From sequence record PV700625: 64,000 bases of DNA; one strand, written 5' to 3'. The position numbers were made by a program, and so were the translations under genes. The notes beneath the pieces were generated by a model. The model was given only the letters and a program-made list of their open reading frames with translations, did not search any database and was not told the DNA's origin. The number at the start of each line of letters is the position of its first letter. The stretch's first letter is position 1. This DNA is from Escherichia phage MET-P1-301. Shown here one piece after another: positions 1 through 10,449 of the stretch.

Positions 1-328
1 AGAGCATGTAAGTTTTCAATCTCAGACTGCTTCATAATTGCAGTTGCATAAATGTCATCAGAGATGAATGGTGCAAAAGCAAACGCTAAACTCTTAGCAA
101 CTTGGGTATCTGCTTCCCACTGCCACTTAAGAATCTCAAGCATTACACCTGACATTGATGCTGGCACACTCTCAAAATCAAGACGTGATTGTTCAAAAGG
201 GAACTCATCTTCTGACCAGTCTTGCGCTTTTTGTTGTTTATATAGCTCAAAGATTTTTGGGTAGTGCTTGTTAAGTGAGTCAAATGTCTTTCTCTCACCA
301 CCTAAAAGATTGGGTGTTGGTTAATCAT
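1..328 (-). CDS. nrdB: ribonucleotide reductase class Ia beta subunit, N-terminal part (gene continues past window start)
   Basis: Minus-strand translation ...FDSLNKHYPKIFELYKQQKAQDWSEDEFPFEQSRLDFES... resembles the NrdB N-terminal region; ATG at 328 overlaps the stop of the upstream ORF (ATGA); frame is continuous only if one base is added in the homopolymer near 304-308. Confidence 0.65.
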
Positions 329-666
329 AATGTGATTTCTCCTTTCTTTATCATCTCTAAGGCTTGTTTTCTGTCTAAAACTTCCCAATTTTCTTTATTA
401 AACATGTCATAAGGTCTTGCATAGATTTTACCATCTGCTGTAGAGATGTAAGAGACGCCATCGACCCATGAGTCATCATTTTGTTTTATCATCATGTCTG
501 TGCTACTCACATAGTACAGCGTTTTTCGAGGTTTGTGGAGCAAGTATATAGGCCATTCATGGTTTGCTATTAAATCTTTCATAGTCTCTCCAAAGTTAAT
601 TTTAGAGGGTCTTTTACGACCCTCATAGTTATTAAAACTAAACACCACAACCCTCGCAATAGGCAT
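325..666 (-). CDS. hypothetical protein between nrdA and nrdB
   Basis: 113-aa ORF; overlaps the nrdA 3-prime end by 29 nt, alternative start at Met29 (582); no recognisable motif. Confidence 0.45.
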   Translation of the reverse strand: MPIARVVVFSFNNYEGRKRPSKINFGETMKDLIANHEWPIYLLHKPRKTLYYVSSTDMMIKQNDDSWVDGVSYISTADGKIYARPYDMFNKENWEVLDRKQALEMIKKGEITL

Positions 667-2872
667 CTTGCAGTGCAGACTTACCTACACCGATGCGACT
701 GTTAAGGTAGTACATGGTTTTCATACCTACCGAGTTAGCGTAAATCATGTATTTTAAAGCTTGAGCCAATGATACCTTCTTAGCTTTTGCGTAGTCAACA
801 TAGAAATCTGAAGAGATAGCTTGACCAGTGAACTTTTGGACAATTGCATAACAATCAATCAGGTCAAAGGTGTCAATATCCCAAGCAATTTCATAGACAT
901 ACTTCAACTCTTCATAATCTGGAACAATAAACAGTACGTTACCAGTTGCAGACTTTTTAGTTAAAATAAAGTCACGAATTGGGTACAAGCCATTTGTCGT
1001 ATTAGTTGCTAGTGAAGAACTCTCATTAGGCATATAAGCCTCAAGTACAGAGTTTCGGATGCCACCATTTTCTTTGATACGTTGTGCTAAGTCATCCCAA
1101 TCATATCTTAGTTTTGCATCATGCTTCTCATCAATCTTCTTGTTAGCTGTCTTCGGAGGAACCCATCCTTCAGGGTACTTAGTGAACTTCATGTATTCAG
1201 GTACACCACGCTCTTTAGCAAGTCTTAGAGAAGCTTCATGCAGATAGTAAGAGTGCATCTCTGCAAGTTCGTGAAGCTTTGTCTTACCAGCCCTTGAAGA
1301 GTAGTTCACGTAGTTCTTCGCAAGGTAATGAGCCACATTTGTAAGGCCAATGCCAACAGAGCGACGCTTCTGAACATGGTTACGCATCGACGGATACGGA
1401 TAATCCATAAGGTCAATAACGGAGTCAACCATTGCAAGAGCATAATAAGCAACGTCAGCGTATTCATCTTCTGAAATTCTCCCTGCAACCAAACTAGCTA
1501 GGAAGCAAAGAGCTACCTCACCATCCTCCTTCACAGCATCGTCTCTGTAAAGGTCTGTCTCTTTCTCAAAGCCGTACACTGGCAACACAATTTCCATGCA
1601 AAGATTTGACATCTTCAAAGGCTCTTTAAATGGTGTATGTGTGTTTGCATTGTTTGTGAAGAATGGGTACACACGACCTGTTGCATAACGCTGCTGGATA
1701 AACAGTTTAGCAATTTCACGAGCCTTTACTCGTCTGTGCTTAACACCTGCATGTACTGCGTGACCAACTGCCATAGCAAACTCATCAGCAGATGCGGTGT
1801 AGAACATATCATAAAGTTTTGGTGCATCTTTGTAAGAGAATAGCAACCAATCTGTATCATACTGAACACACTGCCAGAAATAATCATTTGTACCAAATGA
1901 GTAGTCCATCTCGTTAATACGTTTAGAAGGAACCGTTGTAGGGTGCTTCAAACGTAGTAAATCTTCAATCTGCGGGTCTAGAGCGGTGTAGAAGTTGTTA
2001 GCTGAACCACCACGACTCTTCTGTTTATTTGCCTCTACAGATGAACGTACAAGCTTGTAATAAGGTAGTTTACCCATGTGTTCGATAGTGTTTTGACGGA
2101 TACCATCACCAATAGTACGGGTCTCCATCAGCATACCAATACCAGCTTGCTTCGTAGTCATATCATAAGCAACCTTTGCAGCAATACCAAGTGACTCAGC
2201 AGTATCATTTGCCTTAATCAAACAGCATGACGCATAACCTGACTTAGTAGCACGTAAACCATTCAGATAAGGTGTAGGAGCATTAATCTTCAGGTCAGAT
2301 AGGTAAGTGTACAGCTTAATAACATCTTGCAGTCTACGGTGCTTTGGTTGCTTCTCAAAGGCTTTCATAGCCATACCCATAAACATAAATTGTGGTGACT
2401 CAAAAAGTCTTCCCGTTTTAATATCACGGATACCATATTTATCTCTGAACTGTTTCAACACTGCATAGCCGTAAGAGATATCTTTTGAGTGCACGATGTA
2501 GCCTTGCAGGTATTCAAGTTCTTCCTGTGAATAATCCATCTTCTCCCAAAGTCCTGCTCTCTCCATATTTTTAACGAAGGTAACCAGCGTAGGAACCTTA
2601 GTAAAGCCTCCAAAGGCTTCTTTGTAGATAATACCCAGAAGTAGCCGTCCAGCCATGTCTGAGTACTCTTGAGTTTGTTTATCAACACAAACATCAATCA
2701 TAGCTTGGTGCATCTCTTTTGTAGTGCAACCTTCATAGACACGCTTCATAGCTTCCATAGTGACTTCTGACCAGATAATTCCACGCTTATCTGCCCATGA
2801 TGCCCACTTATTCAGTCTTTCTGGGTCAAAGCTTACTACTGTACCGTTTGATTTTTTAATTGTCTTAATCAT
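638..2872 (-). CDS. nrdA: ribonucleotide reductase class Ia alpha subunit
   Basis: Intact 744-aa ORF; C-terminal cysteine pair (...YCEGCGV) typical of class I RNR large subunit; adjacent to nrdB. Confidence 0.9.
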   Translation of the reverse strand: MIKTIKKSNGTVVSFDPERLNKWASWADKRGIIWSEVTMEAMKRVYEGCTTKEMHQAMIDVCVDKQTQEYSDMAGRLLLGIIYKEAFGGFTKVPTLVTFVKNMERAGLWEKMDYSQEELEYLQGYIVHSKDISYGYAVLKQFRDKYGIRDIKTGRLFESPQFMFMGMAMKAFEKQPKHRRLQDVIKLYTYLSDLKINAPTPYLNGLRATKSGYASCCLIKANDTAESLGIAAKVAYDMTTKQAGIGMLMETRTIGDGIRQNTIEHMGKLPYYKLVRSSVEANKQKSRGGSANNFYTALDPQIEDLLRLKHPTTVPSKRINEMDYSFGTNDYFWQCVQYDTDWLLFSYKDAPKLYDMFYTASADEFAMAVGHAVHAGVKHRRVKAREIAKLFIQQRYATGRVYPFFTNNANTHTPFKEPLKMSNLCMEIVLPVYGFEKETDLYRDDAVKEDGEVALCFLASLVAGRISEDEYADVAYYALAMVDSVIDLMDYPYPSMRNHVQKRRSVGIGLTNVAHYLAKNYVNYSSRAGKTKLHELAEMHSYYLHEASLRLAKERGVPEYMKFTKYPEGWVPPKTANKKIDEKHDAKLRYDWDDLAQRIKENGGIRNSVLEAYMPNESSSLATNTTNGLYPIRDFILTKKSATGNVLFIVPDYEELKYVYEIAWDIDTFDLIDCYAIVQKFTGQAISSDFYVDYAKAKKVSLAQALKYMIYANSVGMKTMYYLNSRIGVGKSALQDAYCEGCGV

Positions 2873-2918
2873 TTTTGAATCCTACAGATGAGAAGAGCCT
2901 CCGAAGAGGCTCCCTAGT

Positions 2919-3251
2919 TTAAATCTTGAAAATTTGCTCATTCTGCCACATATCGTAAAACTTATCACTTACCTTTGTGACTGACGAAGTGTGCATACAA
3001 TTGACGAACCATGATATATTACTATTCATAATTATTTCAAGCTGTTTTGTGACATCCACATTCATGTCTTCAACAACGTAATTACCTCGCATCTTGCAAA
3101 CAACTCTTCCAAACAAGATTGCACTTCTGCCTCTTCGGTCGTCACAGTACATAACTGTGTCTCCGTGCTTAACATCTTGTCCGATACTATCAACACCTAA
3201 TTTAGCACCTGAGATAATGTCATCATAAGATAACTTTTTTGCTTTAGACAC
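2919..3251 (-). CDS. hypothetical protein
   Basis: 110-aa ORF in minus-strand operon. Confidence 0.45.
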   Translation of the reverse strand: MSKAKKLSYDDIISGAKLGVDSIGQDVKHGDTVMYCDDRRGRSAILFGRVVCKMRGNYVVEDMNVDVTKQLEIIMNSNISWFVNCMHTSSVTKVSDKFYDMWQNEQIFKI

Positions 3252-3576
3252 GGTATTTCTCCAAGTTTCTTTTTAGATATAACCAACCATAGTCAGTTCT
3301 TTCTACACCCATGAAGAGTGGAGCCATTACAACTTTACCAAAAGTATTCCTGTGTTGACAGATTTCAAAAGAATACTCTTTCTCAATATCAATCCCGTAT
3401 TTGTACAGGACTGCTTTTAAAACTTGTTCATTATCCAGAAGTGTATCTGGAGTCTCACCATACTTCTCAAGTAACGGGTCATTCATAAACACCGTCATAG
3501 AAATATTGTAGTTTGAGAAGTGGCTCTTCTGAGCCACACCTTCTTTATTAATGTTCTGTGAATCCATTATAACCAA
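3244..3576 (-). CDS. hypothetical protein
   Basis: 110-aa ORF, overlapping start/stop with neighbours. Confidence 0.45.
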   Translation of the reverse strand: MVIMDSQNINKEGVAQKSHFSNYNISMTVFMNDPLLEKYGETPDTLLDNEQVLKAVLYKYGIDIEKEYSFEICQHRNTFGKVVMAPLFMGVERTDYGWLYLKRNLEKYRV

Positions 3577-4213
3577 CCCCTTTTAACCAGCACTTCAGGT
3601 TATTAGCATCATAATTCAGTTTCGGGTATGAGGTTACATGGAACTGCTCACCATCATAGTAGACAATATCTGCAATCCATAGTCCATTCTCTTTACAGAA
3701 ATCTTTATCTGCTTTAGAGGTAATTGGATTAACTTCTACAAAACCATCTACACCCAAATCCTTTAAGCTACATACAATACCTTTGCAGATAACGCATGTC
3801 TCAGATACTACCACAAAAAGTTCTTGGCTTTCAAGCTCTACAATGTATTCACCAAGCTGTACTTTAGGGAGATTTGATTGCTTCATAATCTTCCCATCGG
3901 CTGCACGAACAATCGCATACCACTCTTTACCATCAACTACTGACATTCTGATGATACACTCTTGACCAGTACGCTTCTCAATATCTGCAAGACGCTTTAA
4001 AGCTTCTTCATAGTCGTCTGTATACTTCAGGTCATTATTATGGCAAACAGCTTCCATAGCACCATTATGGTCATGTTGTGACAGGTAAATCAAACCGTCA
4101 AGGACATATTGCAAATCTGCCTGAGCATCAAGTGTCTCAATGGGGTCTTTCTCTTCAATTGCTTTTACAAGCTCTTTTGCTTCTTCAAGCATACATAGAG
4201 ATTGAGATTTCAA
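3548..4213 (-). CDS. hypothetical protein
   Basis: 221-aa ORF. Confidence 0.45.
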   Translation of the reverse strand: MKSQSLCMLEEAKELVKAIEEKDPIETLDAQADLQYVLDGLIYLSQHDHNGAMEAVCHNNDLKYTDDYEEALKRLADIEKRTGQECIIRMSVVDGKEWYAIVRAADGKIMKQSNLPKVQLGEYIVELESQELFVVVSETCVICKGIVCSLKDLGVDGFVEVNPITSKADKDFCKENGLWIADIVYYDGEQFHVTSYPKLNYDANNLKCWLKGVGYNGFTEH

Positions 4214-4277
4214 AGATTCCCAATACTCATTACTGTAAGGTTGCTTTTGAGTGTTCCCACAACGAAGATTCCAGTTT

Positions 4278-4541
4278 TTACTGATTCTCTTGAGTTAAAC
4301 ATTTGGACTCCTTAAAATATCTGTTAACCTTTAGCTCTCGTGTTTCAATATATTCCAGATGCTCACGTAGCTCTTGACGTTTAAGCATTAGGTGCTGCAT
4401 TTGAGATTCAACAGCTTCAACTTCTCTAATTATTGACTCTCTGGCATTTGCAAGAATGCGCCCAAGTTCTTCAATCTTGCTGTCAACTTTTGCTACATGA
4501 CTCACAGCTTTACTTTTGTTAAACATTTTATTCTCTCTCAA
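4278..4541 (-). CDS. hypothetical coiled-coil protein
   Basis: 87-aa ORF, charged helical composition. Confidence 0.4.
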   Translation of the reverse strand: MRENKMFNKSKAVSHVAKVDSKIEELGRILANARESIIREVEAVESQMQHLMLKRQELREHLEYIETRELKVNRYFKESKCLTQENQ

Positions 4542-4544
4542 TAG

Positions 4545-5042
4545 TTATCAAGCACAATTTGCTTTCATTACCTTATGGATTCTTTTTTCAGCATCTTCAT
4601 AAGTTTCTTTAGTAATAAACTTAATTGCTGCAATATTGGCATTGTAGAAGAGTCTGAGCTTAGAGTCAATCCTTTTGTCATTACATCGAATTTATGTTGA
4701 AGGTTTGCTTCACCATAAACTAGCCCACCTTTTGTGCAGTAGGTCTGGATAATGTAAAAGTCAAAAATTCTTTTCCAAAGCTCTCAATATCTTTTTAATA
4801 TACTCAGAAGAAGTCTCATAAGTCATCCAATCGCTTTCCTTAGTGACTACCTTCTTCCGAGTCTTCCCAGCAACTTTTCTTTTGGTCACACTATTAAGCT
4901 GTTTCTTTCCGATATAATATTGCCCAGTCTTCTTACAGTGTACTAAATAGACAAAGCCAAAATGTTTAGTGGGGTCAACTTTCCCACATAAAGATACCCA
5001 ATGACCGTAGGTAGGGCAATTGCCAAATCCTTTAATCTTCAT
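4545..5042 (-). CDS. GIY-YIG family homing endonuclease (apparently frameshifted)
   Basis: ORF 4761-5042 contains ...HFGFVYLVHCKKTGQYYIGKK... (GIY...YIG spacing); a second frame 4545-4760 reads as protein after a T-run near 4755. Confidence 0.5.
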
Positions 5043-5135
5043 TCATACACGGCTCCCAATTATATTTCTTGAAAGAGAAATTATCTTTTGGATTTCTCTC
5101 TTGATAAGCTATCCAGAAATGCTGTTCCATTAGCT

Positions 5136-6071
5136 CTAACGGTGTCTTTGTAACAGTCTGTCCATCCCATGATACATAGGTGTAAGAGTCTTTTTAGCAT
5201 AGAGTTCATAGATAGCATCAAGACACTCTTTGTAGGTCTCTTTACCATCTAAAGCATTCATCACAGCTACTTTACCAGCACCTTTAAGTCCGAAGTAGTT
5301 GTCTGCATTATCTCCAGCAACAGCCTGATAGCACAAGAACTTAAAACCTACACCAACTGTTTTTGCAGCTTTTGGTTTTGATTTGATAGGACAATCCCAG
5401 ATATCACCAACATTATTATCAGCAATAAAGATTAGTGGTGATTTTTCATAAGTCATATCAATACAATAAGTTCCTTCAGCTTGTCGAAGGTCTTTGTCAA
5501 TACTCATAAGAGCAGCCTTCTTACCCATCTTTTCAGCTTTAGCAATTACGATTGAATCGGCTTCGAATCCTCCCTTTAAGAGTTTGAACTCTGGTCTTGA
5601 CAGAAGGTATTCACGACAAGCGACTAAGTGTGTTGGTGTGACAGCATCTTTACGGTTACCTTGATATTGGTGCTCAAGACCTTTAATGTCTTTATGTTTA
5701 TGCACACCTTTCTCTGTTAAATAACCTACCCAAGTTCTCTCTTTACCAACCACCTTAAGCCATTCCTGAAGAACCTGTTGAGTAGCCATGATAGCTTCTT
5801 TCTCACTCTTAGCTTCTTTCCAAGTCTGTCTTTCCCATTCATCTTCATCAAATGTCAGTCCAAGTTCTTCCACAAGGATTCTCTGGTCTGCTAACCATCT
5901 TGCAGCATCTTTCGCATTATCAAATGGCTCAGATTCTTCTGCTGTGAGTTTATTGACATATTTATATTTTGCTTTCTCAACTACACAAGCACCTTTATAG
6001 GCAATACTGTCAGAGTCAATAAAGACATGTGTAACTGAATCGGGAAGCTTTGTTAATGTGTACTTCTCCAT
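5136..6071 (-). CDS. 5-prime-3-prime exonuclease / flap endonuclease (T4 RNase H, T5 D15-like)
   Basis: 311 aa; N-terminal FIDSDSIAYK, central FEADSIVIAKAEK...SIDKDL and H3TH-like GDNADNYFGLKGAGKVA match FEN-family motifs. Confidence 0.75.
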   Translation of the reverse strand: MEKYTLTKLPDSVTHVFIDSDSIAYKGACVVEKAKYKYVNKLTAEESEPFDNAKDAARWLADQRILVEELGLTFDEDEWERQTWKEAKSEKEAIMATQQVLQEWLKVVGKERTWVGYLTEKGVHKHKDIKGLEHQYQGNRKDAVTPTHLVACREYLLSRPEFKLLKGGFEADSIVIAKAEKMGKKAALMSIDKDLRQAEGTYCIDMTYEKSPLIFIADNNVGDIWDCPIKSKPKAAKTVGVGFKFLCYQAVAGDNADNYFGLKGAGKVAVMNALDGKETYKECLDAIYELYAKKTLTPMYHGMDRLLQRHR

Positions 6072-6132
6072 TATGGCTCTCCATATGAAAAAGCCCCATA
6101 CTAAGTACAGGGCTTTAAAGTAACTTTAGAGA

Positions 6133-6990
6133 TTAGTCTTCTGTATCGAAGTCTTCATCTTCTTCGTCATCTGGGTCTGGCAAATCTTCATCATCACCAT
6201 CATCAGAATCATTCGAAGATTTATGGTCTGTTGCGTCTTCTTCAGTGATTTCACCGTTATCTTCGACACCATCAAGACCAAGCATAGCCAGTTCGTCTTC
6301 ATCCAGTTCAGGTTCACCGTTAGCACCGTTACCACCAGTGTAAGGTACAAGAGTATCAATGATAAACTGTTCCTGAATAGGTTTTGTCAGAACATTGTTC
6401 TCAAAAGTGTAGAAGTGAGTAGAAAGAATCACACTACCAAAAGAACCATTACCAACTGCAATATCTGGATGAATTACATCATAGTTCTTATCATCTTCAT
6501 GTTTATCAGATGCTTGAGCTTTGATTTTCTTCATCGGCTGCTTAACAGCTACACGCTTACCATTTACTTCTTCAATAAGCATAACAGGGAATGACTGTTT
6601 AGCTGTCCACACAGCACCATCTTTATAAGCTGCTGCACGACTCACTTTCAAGATGTAGTAAGTGTCTGCTTCAAATGGTGGTTTGCAACCAAACTTCTCT
6701 TCGAAGTCGTCTGCATCAACTGCTTCAGTAGTAACTTTATCCCAACCTTCTGGGTTTTTCTTAGACTTAGTAAACTCTTTAAACAGTTTGTTACCGTCTT
6801 CTGCAAGAATTGATACACTGTAGTTACAGTCTTTTCCTGGGAATTTCTTATCAATAGACTTACCTTTTCCCGGACGTGGTGAAGTGTTCAGGTAATAAAA
6901 CCAGACATCTTTCAGCAGGTAACGCAGAGTTTGGCGTTCAGTACCATTGTACTTCTCTACCGGAGCTTTCATTTTAACAACTTTAGACAT
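6133..6990 (-). CDS. putative ssDNA-binding protein with acidic C-terminal tail
   Basis: 285 aa; C-terminal 45 residues almost entirely D/E ending ...DEDFDTED, as in phage SSBs; position in replication module. Confidence 0.45.
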   Translation of the reverse strand: MSKVVKMKAPVEKYNGTERQTLRYLLKDVWFYYLNTSPRPGKGKSIDKKFPGKDCNYSVSILAEDGNKLFKEFTKSKKNPEGWDKVTTEAVDADDFEEKFGCKPPFEADTYYILKVSRAAAYKDGAVWTAKQSFPVMLIEEVNGKRVAVKQPMKKIKAQASDKHEDDKNYDVIHPDIAVGNGSFGSVILSTHFYTFENNVLTKPIQEQFIIDTLVPYTGGNGANGEPELDEDELAMLGLDGVEDNGEITEEDATDHKSSNDSDDGDDEDLPDPDDEEDEDFDTED

Positions 6991-7461
6991 TATTTAAACC
7001 TCTATCTCAATTTATGAAGAGTACCAATTCTAATTTGTTGATACTCTATTGTCAAACATTAATTACTGGAAGTTGTGCTTATCTTTAGAAGCTGCTTTAC
7101 GTGCAGTTTTTCCAGTTCTTACACGCTTCTCTTCATAGTATTTTGCTGGTTTTCCAGCAGTGGCTTTAAGGAATCCCCAAAAACTTTTTCAAATGCTTTA
7201 GAGTGTTTCATGATATTCTCCGATATACTTGATATTCAAACACATTTTCTTTAATTATAAATAACCAACCAATATTATGCTCAGGTAGAGTAACGGTGAC
7301 TGTAATTATGCTTTGATGGAACTGCTCTTCTATTTCAACTTCTCCATCGCATTTCATGTAGAGCATTATATAGAACCTATCAATCTTTGTCAAACACTCT
7401 GCTTGAAATTGATTCAAACTTTTTCTTCAAAGAAGGGTGTGAACCCCTCTCTTTGTAACTA

Positions 7462-9447
7462 TCACTCAGTTTCGAATGGGCAGTCATCTGCATCCTCACT
7501 TAATACAGGTGGAATCGTTGAGCTTTGACGCTGCTCTTCAGTATAGACTTCACCAGTCTCACGGTCAAACACTTCATCCTCATAATGTGGCAAAGAGTCA
7601 TCGTAATGGTCTTCAGCTTCGCCAATACCAAACTGTTGGCGAATATTTTCTGCTGCACCATCAATGTCAACCCCACAACCAGATGCTTTGATGAGGCGTC
7701 CTGTATCTGGATTGTACCAAGTATGACCAGCAATACCAGTTGACTTACCATGACGACGACATTTAGTTAACTTGATTTTTGTCAAGTTTTTCTTAACAGG
7801 GTCTGGGTCAACCTTGTTACGCATTAACAGAATGTTGTTCATAGAAATCTGGAAATACGCACCAGAGCCTTTAATATCCTCTTCAGAGATATCTCCACCT
7901 TCAGAGTTGGCTTTCTGACCACCTGCGCTCTTACGAACGTGACAGACGTTCACCTGTGCATACTGGTAGCGTTTGCAACGGCGCAATAGCTCAGACAAAA
8001 CTTCCTCTTCATCCGTATCTGAACGTGACAGAGCCAACGTAATAGGGTCAAGAATAATAATCTTACAGTCTAAACTGTTAACAAGATAATCAACAAATTC
8101 CAGCAGGTTATCTTGGTCAATTGCCCCTTGATGGTCTACGATGTGGATACGACGACCTTTAGACAGTTCTGCATGTGCTTCCTTCAATTCATCCCAATCA
8201 CGTTCGTCATAAGGAATCTCAGAAATCTGCTTGCTGAGGTGGATTGCACAGAGCATCTCCATCAACTCTTCATAGGTATCTTCGACCGGAATTACACCAA
8301 TATTGTAATCGGTATCTTTCCAAGCAGTATAAATCATTTCACGAGTGTATGCTGATTTACCCACTGAAGATGGTGCTGCCAGAGTTGTAATCTCACCTAA
8401 ACCATAACCACCGTAAGTCAGTCTGTTTAAATCCCCGAAAGATTCTGGGAAAGGAATCAATGGAATCTGACCACGATTCTTCATTGCCTCAAAACCATCT
8501 GCGAAGTTCTTGATACCAGCAGGGCAGTAACGGGGCGCATTGTAGATACGCTGCTTAAACCCTTCAAGAACTGTGTCTTTCTCTTTATAGAACTTTGTCC
8601 ACCATTCGTTAAGGTCTTTTACACCTTCTGGATACTGGAATAAACGAACCTTCTCAATAGGTAGGATACCAGCAGCCTCTTTGGTAGCTTTAGCACCTGC
8701 TTCATCATTATCAAAGCACAAGTAAATCTCATCAAATGATGTGATGTACTGATAGTTGTCTTTGATAGACTTAATGTTTGCACCTGACGGAACAGATACG
8801 TGACAGTAATTCTTACGACGAGACTTATCTTTAATCGCCAAAGAAGTCATGTAGATTGCTGTCGCACATTCCATCTCACCTTCCCAGATGAATAGACGGT
8901 TACCACCTTCTGGAGCAATCCATGAGCCGAACATTGCCAGTTCACCTTTAATGTCTCCAACACCACCAGAAAAGTCTTTTAGTTTACCACGTAGGTGCTC
9001 TTTTGGATGGTCTTCTGGGTAACGGTGACGAACACGGTAGCCAACATGTTCTAGCTTACCATCTTCATTACGTTTGTAAGTTGGATAGAAGTGCGCATCA
9101 ATTTCACCGTCACTGTCAATGTCAACCTTGATACCTAAGCGTTCAAGGACTTTTGCAGGAATCTTCCTATCTTTCAAGTCCATTGCTTCTAGGTTTTCTT
9201 TTACATCGTCTAAATCCATTCCACGGAAAGTACGGTTTTTATTGTCTGAACCAGTAGAATAAGTGCTCACGATTTGCCCTTTATCAAAATCCCACTCTGG
9301 GAAACCCTTGTTACAACTAAAGCAAGTCATTGAATAAGAATCATCGTCATGATGATAGATTGAACCAGCATCTGATGAACCACAACGTGGACATGCGCAA
9401 TGACCAACAAACTGACCAGCCTCTTTCAATTTACGACCTTTAGACAT
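7462..9447 (-). CDS. DNA primase-helicase (T7 gp4-like)
   Basis: N-terminal Cys4 zinc ribbon (CACPRCGSSD...CFSCNKG), then DnaB-type Walker A GLGEITTLAAPSSVGKS; AGGTG RBS before ATG at 9447. Confidence 0.9.
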   Translation of the reverse strand: MSKGRKLKEAGQFVGHCACPRCGSSDAGSIYHHDDDSYSMTCFSCNKGFPEWDFDKGQIVSTYSTGSDNKNRTFRGMDLDDVKENLEAMDLKDRKIPAKVLERLGIKVDIDSDGEIDAHFYPTYKRNEDGKLEHVGYRVRHRYPEDHPKEHLRGKLKDFSGGVGDIKGELAMFGSWIAPEGGNRLFIWEGEMECATAIYMTSLAIKDKSRRKNYCHVSVPSGANIKSIKDNYQYITSFDEIYLCFDNDEAGAKATKEAAGILPIEKVRLFQYPEGVKDLNEWWTKFYKEKDTVLEGFKQRIYNAPRYCPAGIKNFADGFEAMKNRGQIPLIPFPESFGDLNRLTYGGYGLGEITTLAAPSSVGKSAYTREMIYTAWKDTDYNIGVIPVEDTYEELMEMLCAIHLSKQISEIPYDERDWDELKEAHAELSKGRRIHIVDHQGAIDQDNLLEFVDYLVNSLDCKIIILDPITLALSRSDTDEEEVLSELLRRCKRYQYAQVNVCHVRKSAGGQKANSEGGDISEEDIKGSGAYFQISMNNILLMRNKVDPDPVKKNLTKIKLTKCRRHGKSTGIAGHTWYNPDTGRLIKASGCGVDIDGAAENIRQQFGIGEAEDHYDDSLPHYEDEVFDRETGEVYTEEQRQSSTIPPVLSEDADDCPFETE

Positions 9448-9640
9448 TAGCACCTCTTCGTTGTAGTTCTGCCTTCAATCCATTTTCAATCTTGTCCAGT
9501 TCATGAATTTCATCTGCAATCTCTTTCCTTCGTGATTCAACTCTCTTAAGACGTTCAATCATTACCTCATTGGAAAGAGATGAGAGTTCCACTAAACGGT
9601 GGTCAATAACTTTAAAATTGTCTTTTACTCTCATCTTCAT
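9440..9640 (-). CDS. hypothetical small protein
   Basis: 66-aa charged helical ORF. Confidence 0.35.
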   Translation of the reverse strand: MKMRVKDNFKVIDHRLVELSSLSNEVMIERLKRVESRRKEIADEIHELDKIENGLKAELQRRGANV

Positions 9641-9668
9641 TCTCTCTTTTAAACTTTAATGATGGCTC

Positions 9669-10389
9669 TTAGCTTGTTCTCAAGGTCTGCAAGAGTACCA
9701 TTATTATGAATAATGTCACGCTCATATTTTGTAGAAATCCCATTTTCTGACACATGTGATGAAACTTTGTCCACATTGTCTCTTTTACTTCAATAGTTTG
9801 GTGTGCAAATCTGCTCAGCCACTCAGCTTCAGAGTCAAATCTTAAATCACTGATTAAGACAAAACCATATTGATTTCTAAGTGAGCACATTTCATGGAAT
9901 CTAACCATTCTTTTTCAAGGTCTTTAGACCAGAACTTGTCGCCCATTACTTTACGGACAACTTCAGTACCCCAAATCTGTTGAATTTGTCTTGATGAGAA
10001 TTTATACTTTTGCTAAACCCCAGACGTGTCAATAGAGTCGGTTTAGCAACCTTCTTAAGCTCCATGATTAATCGTCCGGTTAACTCTGACATAAGCTTGA
10101 AGTCCATATGGTAACGTTCATCTCTGAAGGTGAACTCCATAGCTTCCGTAACTTTAAACATCAGTTCAGGATATGATAAGTCAAATACCTGCGGAGCCTC
10201 TTTAGTTTCACCGTACAGGTCATTCCAAGTCAAGTCAAATATCTTTGATGCAGATAGTTTAAGGTTGTCTGCAAAGGCCATTACTGCAACATTGTAGCCG
10301 TGCTCATCCTCTAAGATGTTCTTCACAATAGAACATGAGGTGTCTTTTCCAGAACGTGCCTTTCCAGTAAATGCTATAATATTACTCAT
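9669..10389 (-). CDS. deoxynucleoside monophosphate kinase (apparently frameshifted)
   Basis: N-terminal ORF 9946-10389 has P-loop AFTGKARSGKDT like T4 dNMP kinase; C-terminal part continues in another frame (9669-9908). Confidence 0.55.
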
Positions 10390-10449
10390 TTTATCTCCAT
10401 TAATTACTAAAAGCCCCCAACTAAGGAGGCTTGTAAGATTTATAAAGAC

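Noticed and set aside
1-328. Intron or intein interrupting nrdB near its start
   Set aside because: The break is a single-base frame change at a homopolymer, with protein-like sequence directly on either side; no intron-sized insert and no intron-like structure seen.
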